Part shown: piece after piece, positions 58,167 to 64,000 of the stretch
Layout: the number at the start of each line of letters is the position of its first letter
Numbering within the stretch: the first letter of the stretch is position 1
The notes under the pieces: model-generated
Told to the model about the DNA's origin: nothing
Database searches by the model: none
Seen by the model: only the letters and a program-made list of their open reading frames with translations
Program-made: the position numbers and the translations under genes
Assembly: GCA_026387175.1 (NCBI GenBank)
Contig: JAPLME010000007.1
Location: 64,487 to 128,486, forward strand
Length of the DNA stretch: 64,000 nt
Direction: 5' to 3'
Source: Candidatus Omnitrophota bacterium
GTDB taxonomy: Bacteria > Omnitrophota > Gorgyraeia > 2-01-FULL-45-10

Positions 58167-59840
58167 CTATTTATACTTATTCGTGATCGGCATTCTCCTG
58201 TCTTTACCAAGAGCTTTCGGCGTTATCTTTATTCCGGGAGGAGATTGCCTCCTCTTATACTCGCTCTTATCCACCATATTTATTACCTTTGCGACCACCT
58301 CTTCATCGAAACCGAGCTCCGCGATCTCGCCCAGGCTCTTGTCTTCTTCCACATATGCTTTAATTATAGGGTCCAGTATATCGTATGGCGGCAGCGTATC
58401 TCTATCTTTCTGATCATGCCTGAGTTCGGCGGTAGGTTCCTTGGTCATGACCGAGGCCGGAATCACCCTCGAAATACTGTTTCTGTATTTAGCCAATATA
58501 TAAACCAGTGTTTTCGGCACATCCTTTATGATTGCCAGTCCGCCCGCCATATCGCCATAGAGCGTCGCATAACCGGTGCTCATCTCGGATTTATTGCCTG
58601 TTGTAAGCACCAGCCATCCGAATTTGTTCGAAAGCGCCATCAAAATGTTGCCCCTGATGCGCGCCTGCACATTTTCTTCGGTTACGTCCCGCGCGGCGCC
58701 GGCGAAGAGCGGCTCGAACGCGATCAGATATAGTTTATATATGTGGTCTATCGAGATAGCGGTGTAATTTATACCGAGATTAGAGGCCACCTTCCTCGCG
58801 TCGTGTTCTGATTGCTGGGAAGAGTACCTTGTGGACATGAATACGCCCGTCACATTCTCTTTCCCCAGAGCGTCCGACGCTAATACCACCACGAGCGAAG
58901 AATCTATCCCGCCGCTTAATCCTATGATAACTTTAGTGAAGCCGTTCTTTGCCGTATAGTCCTTAAGCCCCAGGAGGAGAGCCTGGTAAATCTCTGCGGT
59001 CTCACCCAGAGGGCTTATCTCTTTCCGCGTTAGCGCCGGTTTTGATTTTTCGCTTAATTTATTCGATACGATTACCGCGTTTTCGGCTATTTCGGCGCCC
59101 TTTGTCTCTATCTCTATATCCGTAACAAGCAGGTCCTCTTTAAAGGCCTCGGCCCTCGCTATGACTTTCCCTTGCGGGTCGATGACCATGCTCTGCCCGT
59201 CGAATACGATCTCATCCTGTCCACCGACAAGGTTCGCGTAAACTATGTACACATTATTGGCCTTAGCGCCGCGTTTCGCTATCTCCTCTCTCTCCAATAT
59301 CTTACCGGCGTGATAGGGCGATGAGTTAATATTTATTATCAGCTTTGCCCCTAAAGAGGCCTCTTGCAATAGCGGTCCTTCTTTATGCCAGATATCCTCG
59401 CATATATTAACGCCGAACCCGATATCGTCGATCCTGAAAATTTGCGGCACACTGCCGGTATTGAAATAGCGCTTCTCGTCAAATACACCGTAGTTAGGCA
59501 GTATCATCTTGTGATATAGTCCCTTAACGATGCCTTTATGCATGACGGCCGCGGAATTGTAAATGTCCTTACCTTCCCGGCCGACGAAACCGACCACAAC
59601 TACGATATCATTTACTGACTTCGCCACCTTCTTCATCATGTCGATATTGTCGGAGATGAATTTTGGCTTAAGCAGTAGATCCTCGGGCGGATAGCCGGTT
59701 ATGGCAAGCTCGGGGAAGGCGACTATATCCGCCCCTGCGGCCTTAGCCTTTCGGATATAATCGATGATCTTTAAGGCGTTGTTTTCCAGGTCACCCACCG
59801 TACAATTGATCTGCGCTATAGCTACCCTAATATTTTTCAT
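58167..59840 (-). CDS. nadE: Glutamine-dependent NAD+ synthetase (N-terminal CN-hydrolase domain + C-terminal NadE)
   Basis: N-terminal nitrilase-type domain (IRVAIAQINCTVGDLENN). C-terminal PP-loop GLSGGIDSS. Confidence 0.9.
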   Translation of the reverse strand: MKNIRVAIAQINCTVGDLENNALKIIDYIRKAKAAGADIVAFPELAITGYPPEDLLLKPKFISDNIDMMKKVAKSVNDIVVVVGFVGREGKDIYNSAAVMHKGIVKGLYHKMILPNYGVFDEKRYFNTGSVPQIFRIDDIGFGVNICEDIWHKEGPLLQEASLGAKLIININSSPYHAGKILEREEIAKRGAKANNVYIVYANLVGGQDEIVFDGQSMVIDPQGKVIARAEAFKEDLLVTDIEIETKGAEIAENAVIVSNKLSEKSKPALTRKEISPLGETAEIYQALLLGLKDYTAKNGFTKVIIGLSGGIDSSLVVVLASDALGKENVTGVFMSTRYSSQQSEHDARKVASNLGINYTAISIDHIYKLYLIAFEPLFAGAARDVTEENVQARIRGNILMALSNKFGWLVLTTGNKSEMSTGYATLYGDMAGGLAIIKDVPKTLVYILAKYRNSISRVIPASVMTKEPTAELRHDQKDRDTLPPYDILDPIIKAYVEEDKSLGEIAELGFDEEVVAKVINMVDKSEYKRRQSPPGIKITPKALGKDRRMPITNKYK

Positions 59841-60037
59841 TATCAGGCCGCCTTATGGTAATAAATAAAAAACGCCCATTTCCCTTCGTAGGATTTGGAC
59901 GTCTTAGTCTTGATAAATAAAAAATCTTCCTGCAATTCGTGCGGGAAGACATCCTTGTCTTTTGATCTTCATACCCAGTATACCATGGATTGTGTTTATG
60001 TCAATATAAATCACTAAATATTAGAATTCCTAACCTG

Positions 60038-60754
60038 TCACTTTTGCATATTATCGATGAGGATGATAGCTTCCGCTATCTCCCGCATAGATTTTCTAAT
60101 GTCCATGCTCTGCCGCTGTATTTTACGGAATGCTTCCTCCTCGGATAATCCCTGCTGCCGCATCAAGATGCCCTTTGCCCTCTCTATAGCTTTGCGTGAT
60201 TCAAGTTCTTCCTGTATGACCCTCGTCTTTACCATGAGCTCCGAGTTCTCTATTACGATCGATGCCTGGCTCGCGACGGTGGTCAGTATGTTGATTTCAT
60301 CTTTTGTGAATTTATGCGGGTAGGATGTGTAACTGTTAAGCACGCCTATAACTTTGCCTTTTACGGCAAGCGGCACAGAGAGAAGCGATTTCAGGCTCTC
60401 TTTTTCAGCTATAGCCTTCGATCTGTACTCCGGCTCCCTTGACAGATCGTAGACCGATATTGGCTTATTCTCGAGAGCGACTTTGCCTGCGATACCCTCG
60501 CCTATTTTAAGATGCGGTTTTTTATTGTAGATTTCGCTCATTGACTGGGTGGCCTTCAGTACCAGGTTGCCGGTCTTTTCGTCTATTAACATAAGTGAAC
60601 ATATCTTTGAGTCCATTATCTCCGCCGTCACCGTGACTATCAGTTTCAATATATCTTCTAGGTACAGGTTGGAGGTTATGGTCTTACTGACCTTAGAGAT
60701 TGCCTCTAATTGTTTCGCGTGAGATATAGTCCTTTTATTGGATTTTTTTATCAT
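60038..60754 (-). CDS. GAF + ANTAR domain regulator (RNA-binding antiterminator-type)
   Basis: A GAF-like central region and a C-terminal ANTAR (EELESRKAIERAKGILMRQQGLSEEEAFRKIQRQSMD). The start is set at the internal Met, which gives an ATGA overlap with the upstream radical SAM gene. Confidence 0.7.
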   Translation of the reverse strand: MIKKSNKRTISHAKQLEAISKVSKTITSNLYLEDILKLIVTVTAEIMDSKICSLMLIDEKTGNLVLKATQSMSEIYNKKPHLKIGEGIAGKVALENKPISVYDLSREPEYRSKAIAEKESLKSLLSVPLAVKGKVIGVLNSYTSYPHKFTKDEINILTTVASQASIVIENSELMVKTRVIQEELESRKAIERAKGILMRQQGLSEEEAFRKIQRQSMDIRKSMREIAEAIILIDNMQK

Positions 60755-61713
60755 GCTATTCCGTTTTTTCTTTCTTGTTTGATGTTTGTTCCCATGAACC
60801 TGGGATCGGCATTTGCAGGGGCCTCCTGCAGCCATCCATTATTTAACTCTAAAAGATGTGCCTCGTCAACTACATTCTTATACTCCTCAGGTGTTATTCC
60901 TCGCGATATATCGCTAAAGCCGCAGGCTTTGAAGGTCGGATAGTATTGGCTCATTATGCTCAAGTAAACGTTACGGCCCAGCTCTTTCTTTGCGAATCTC
61001 AATGTATCTTCAATCCCGGATACATCATTTGGCAGCGCCAGGAGGCGTATGATGAGCCCTCTTCTTGCTATGCCGTTTTTATCAATCTCAAGATCTCCAA
61101 CCTGACGGCGCATCTCTTTCACGGCCGTTCTGTTAAACTCTACATACCTATCGGCATCCGAATATTTCTTTGCCATTTCGTTGTCGGAATATCTCATATC
61201 CGGCAGATATATGTCGATTATTCCATCCAGAAGCTTTATAGTTTCCGCGAGTTCGTAACCGCTTGTATTATAGACGATCGGTATCTCCAAGCCTCTTTCC
61301 AGCGCTATCTCCAGAGACATGAGTATCTGCGGGATGTAATGAGTCGGTGTCACCAAATTAATATTATGGCAACCCTTGGCTTGTAGAGCCAGCATTATAT
61401 CGGCCAGCTTTTCCATAGTGACCTCCTCCCCTTTATCCAGCTGGCTGAAGTAATAATTCTGGCAATAGACGCACTTCATATTACAGTGGGAAAAGAATAT
61501 GGTGCCGGACCCTTTGGTCCCTGAGATCGGCGGCTCTTCGCCGTGGTGGGATAAATGGCTATATACGATCGGGTTATACAGCGCCCTGCAGTATCCCGAT
61601 TTACCGGCGGTCCTGTCGACTCCGCACTTGCGCGGGCAGACAGCGCAGTTTTTAAGAGAATCTTTTAATGCTATATTGGCTTTTTTTACTAAGGTTATTT
61701 TTTGCGGGCTCAT
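60751..61713 (-). CDS. Radical SAM enzyme, PflA-like, resembling the AmmeMemoRadiSam-system radical SAM subfamily
   Basis: An N-terminal Cys-rich segment (CAVCPRKCGVDRTAGKSGYC), then GTIFFSHCNMKCVYCQN (CxxxCxxC). Confidence 0.55.
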   Translation of the reverse strand: MSPQKITLVKKANIALKDSLKNCAVCPRKCGVDRTAGKSGYCRALYNPIVYSHLSHHGEEPPISGTKGSGTIFFSHCNMKCVYCQNYYFSQLDKGEEVTMEKLADIMLALQAKGCHNINLVTPTHYIPQILMSLEIALERGLEIPIVYNTSGYELAETIKLLDGIIDIYLPDMRYSDNEMAKKYSDADRYVEFNRTAVKEMRRQVGDLEIDKNGIARRGLIIRLLALPNDVSGIEDTLRFAKKELGRNVYLSIMSQYYPTFKACGFSDISRGITPEEYKNVVDEAHLLELNNGWLQEAPANADPRFMGTNIKQERKNGIA

Positions 61714-61716
61714 CTG

Positions 61717-62235
61717 CTATCGTATAGCTTCGGCAGGGTCCACAGGGTCGCCATCCGCCCTTATCTCGAAGTGCAGGTGCGGCTGTATGTTTTTATTAGC
61801 GGCGTTGCCTGTTTTGCCTACAAAGCCTATCAATTCTCCCTTATGCACCTTCTTGCCGGTATTGACGGCCCAGTTCGAGAGGTGGCCGTACATTGTTTGA
61901 GTTCCGTCCGGGTGATAGAGGAGCACATACTTGCCGTATCCGGTAGGAATGTTCCCGCGGAAGACTATTCCGCTCTTCGATGCATATACAGGAGTGCCCA
62001 CCTCCGCGGATATATCTACGCCCGAATGGGACCGCCCGCCGTTTCGCTTGGCGCCGAAATCGCCGCTTCCGAATACGTCATGTCTTATCGCCAGATGACC
62101 GGACGGGCTCTTTATAGGGCTCCCGAAAGATGGTTCGGTGATTTTGAAGATCAGCACAGAGGCCGGCTCATATAGAAAAATCGTGGCAACGGCCGTTATG
62201 ATAACGGTAATAAGGATCGAAAAAAATAATTTCAT
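61717..62235 (-). CDS. M23-family (LytM) metallopeptidase with an N-terminal TM anchor
   Basis: HSGVDISAEVGTPVYA ... HLHFEI, the HxxxD and HxH zinc-site motifs. Confidence 0.8.
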   Translation of the reverse strand: MKLFFSILITVIITAVATIFLYEPASVLIFKITEPSFGSPIKSPSGHLAIRHDVFGSGDFGAKRNGGRSHSGVDISAEVGTPVYASKSGIVFRGNIPTGYGKYVLLYHPDGTQTMYGHLSNWAVNTGKKVHKGELIGFVGKTGNAANKNIQPHLHFEIRADGDPVDPAEAIR

Positions 62236-62268
62236 ACCGGGCCTATTCTTTGATGAATACTTTTATGT

Positions 62269-62312
62269 GAGAAAAAGCCATATCGATTATTTCGACGATA
62301 TGGCTTTTTCTC
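62269..62312 (-). terminator. Long perfect hairpin terminator downstream of the secreted-protein gene
   Basis: A 17-bp perfect stem GAGAAAAAGCCATATCG / CGATATGGCTTTTTCTC with the U-run within and after the stem. Confidence 0.5.
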
Positions 62313-62344
62313 ATTGTTCATTTATACCGGTGAGGCTTATATTC

Positions 62345-62725
62345 TTATTTAGTAGCTTCAGCTTTATTGGCTTCAGTAGGGATCTTGGCGGTCTCTTCCA
62401 CTGCTTTTGCCACAGTATCAGCGGTGCCTTTTACCGGTTCGGTAACGAGGGCTCCACCCTTTTCTGTGTCGCCCGAAGTGACCTGTCCCACGGTCTTTAC
62501 TTCGTCAGTTACCACGGCCGTTCCCCTCTTAGCGGTCTCCGCGACAACGTTCACGGATTCCTTTGTCACGTTTGCCGGATAATTGAAGAGTTTCTGCCAG
62601 AAGTTCTTGGCTTGATTTCCCTTATTCTCATCCGCAGCGTTAGAAACAGCTGTCAGCGCAATACAAATCACGAATGCCATGCAAAGACATACAACGACTT
62701 TTTTATTCATTTTTCCTCCTTTCAT
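62345..62725 (-). CDS. Secreted low-complexity protein (signal peptide + Thr/Ala/Glu/Lys/Val-rich repeats)
   Basis: Signal peptide MKGGKMNKKVVVCLCMAFVICIALTAVSNA, then repetitive VTDEVKTVGQVTSGDTEKGGALVTEPVKGTADTVAKAVEETAK. Confidence 0.5.
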   Translation of the reverse strand: MKGGKMNKKVVVCLCMAFVICIALTAVSNAADENKGNQAKNFWQKLFNYPANVTKESVNVVAETAKRGTAVVTDEVKTVGQVTSGDTEKGGALVTEPVKGTADTVAKAVEETAKIPTEANKAEATK

Positions 62726-62776
62726 ATCGCACTAATATACTACAGTATAAATTAATTATCAAGAGAATAATACTTA

Positions 62777-63223
62777 TTATTGCAGAGATTCCATTACCAG
62801 CTGGCTGATCAGCTTGCCGTCACAGGCGCCCTTCGTCTTTTCCATAACGAGCTTCATTACTTTGCCCATCTCAGATTTGGTCTTCGCCCCGCTCTCCGCG
62901 ATCGCCGCTTTGATTATAGACTTCAGCTCCTCTTCGCTCATCTGTTCGGGCATATAGGTTTCCAGTATCTTGAGCTCAGAGAGCTCTTTATCCGCAAGAT
63001 CTTGTCTATTGCCGTTCTTAAATTGCTCTATAGATTCTTTATGTTGTTTAATATGCCGCTGAAGGACCTGCAGCATATCGGACTCTGTGACGGACTTACT
63101 GTTCTTGTTAATCTGTATCTGCCGCGCCGCGGCGACCAGCATCCTTAATACGGAGAGCTTGAGGGCATTACTCTCCTTTAAGGCCGCTTTCATATCAGAT
63201 TCTATCTTTTCGTATAGGCTCAT
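62777..63223 (-). CDS. GatB/YqeY domain protein
   Basis: MSLYEKIESDMKAALKESNALKLSVLRML matches the YqeY family. Confidence 0.75.
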   Translation of the reverse strand: MSLYEKIESDMKAALKESNALKLSVLRMLVAAARQIQINKNSKSVTESDMLQVLQRHIKQHKESIEQFKNGNRQDLADKELSELKILETYMPEQMSEEELKSIIKAAIAESGAKTKSEMGKVMKLVMEKTKGACDGKLISQLVMESLQ

Positions 63224-63714
63224 AGTTCAACTCCGTTTTTTCGCGATAGTTTCTTCCTGGCCAGCAGCTTCTTCACCGGGCTCAAATAATCGATTATGAG
63301 CTTGCCTAATAGGTGGTCTAGTTCATGCTGCACCGCTCTTGCCAATAATCCCTCAGCCTTTAGCTCTATAAAGTCGCCGTTCTCATTCAGGAAGTTAACA
63401 ACCACTTTTTTAGCGCGCTTTATCTTTACGGTAAGGCCGGGGCAACTAAGGCATCCTTCTTCTTGCGCCTCGATGCCGTCCTTTTTTACGATTACAGGAT
63501 TGACCAGCTTTATTAAACCTTCTCCGATATCTATTACCGCAAGCTGCTTATCTATGCCCACCTGCACCGCGGCGAGCCCCACCCCCTGGCTCAGGTACAT
63601 TACATCTGCCATTTCGGATAGTATCGATCTCTCGTCTTCCGTCACCTTTCCTACTTTGGCGGCCTTTTTCCTGAGTATGCTTTCTGGAAATTTCCGTATC
63701 TTCAGGTCTTGCAT
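63220..63714 (-). CDS. def: Peptide deformylase
   Basis: Motifs GVGLAAVQVG, EGCLSCPG and QHELDHL. Confidence 0.9.
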   Translation of the reverse strand: MQDLKIRKFPESILRKKAAKVGKVTEDERSILSEMADVMYLSQGVGLAAVQVGIDKQLAVIDIGEGLIKLVNPVIVKKDGIEAQEEGCLSCPGLTVKIKRAKKVVVNFLNENGDFIELKAEGLLARAVQHELDHLLGKLIIDYLSPVKKLLARKKLSRKNGVEL

Positions 63715-64000
63715 GGCTGTTTGACGATCTTATTATTGGAGTCTACATAGACGGGTTTTAGCTTCAGGTGGCAGGCCTTCTTATCCTCTACGAATCCATA
63801 AGAGAGTATGATTACCAGGTCTCCGGCATTTCCGAGATGCGCCGCCGCTCCATATAATCCGATGGTTCCCGATCCGGCCTTCTCCTCGATAGCGTAAGTT
63901 TCAAATCTGGCGGCATTATTGATATTGACCACTTGCACTATCTCTCCGGGATAGATATCCGCGGCCTTGAGGATCAGAGAGTCTATGCCTATGCTGCCTT
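63702..64000 (-). CDS. panD: Aspartate 1-decarboxylase (partial; N-terminus beyond window end)
   Basis: The frame is open to the window edge. ...GSIGIDSLILKAADIYPGEIVQVVNINNAARFETYAIEEKAGSGTIGLYGAAAHLGNAGDLVIILSY aligns with PanD, including the self-cleavage region. Confidence 0.75.
   Translation of the reverse strand, partial: GSIGIDSLILKAADIYPGEIVQVVNINNAARFETYAIEEKAGSGTIGLYGAAAHLGNAGDLVIILSYGFVEDKKACHLKLKPVYVDSNNKIVKQPCKT

Overview
Apart from one helicase gene, every gene in this 64-kb bacterial window lies on the minus strand, in long arrays with overlapping stop and start codons. The content looks anaerobic. No rRNA, tRNA, CRISPR array, integrase, transposase or phage gene was recognised. 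All calls are by eye from the six-frame translations; no searches were run.

Contents in coordinate order:
- 1-4554: a partial patatin-like phospholipase, three single-domain response regulators, and a PAS histidine kinase whose four PAS domains are a near-identical 426-bp tandem DNA repeat.
- 4638-13589: a four-gene overlapping operon made entirely of unusual fusion proteins. It encodes a fatty-acid AMP-ligase + ACP + lysophospholipid acyltransferase fusion, a GT4 glycosyltransferase + alpha/beta-hydrolase fusion, an N-terminally truncated paralogue of the first fusion, and a GtrA + glycoside-hydrolase fusion.
- 13607-17228: a GH1 beta-glucosidase, a small Transgly_assoc membrane protein, and a second two-component set.
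- 17218-24520: an NfnAB-like Fe-S flavoprotein pair, YggU, a ferritin-like protein, phosphofructokinase, a hypothetical, a REC-EAL phosphodiesterase and a PAS histidine kinase.
- 24600-27002: a Ski2-like DExH helicase on the plus strand, followed by a 520-bp non-coding gap.
- 27003-47660: one uninterrupted ~20.6-kb minus-strand array. In transcription order it holds a multi-subunit Mrp-antiporter-linked group-4 [NiFe] hydrogenase with its maturation protease, then a complete F1Fo ATP synthase operon (atpZIBEFHAGDC) ending in a truncated epsilon, then four translationally coupled genes of unknown function.
- 47776-56013: a nitrogen-assimilation cluster (gltD, gltB, type III glutamine synthetase).
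- 56300-64000: a Fis-HTH protein, a GATase1 protein, an ECF sigma factor, NadE, a radical SAM + GAF-ANTAR pair, an M23 peptidase, a secreted low-complexity protein, GatB/YqeY, def and partial panD.

A conserved ~50-bp double-hairpin repeat, carrying a perfect GCCGATATC-N3-GATATCGGC palindrome, occurs as tandem pairs directly upstream of atpE and of glnN. The candidates I would rank highest for being undescribed are the hydrogenase + ATP synthase supercluster with its accessory tail, the fusion-protein lipid/glycolipid operon, and the GATATC-palindrome repeat cassette.
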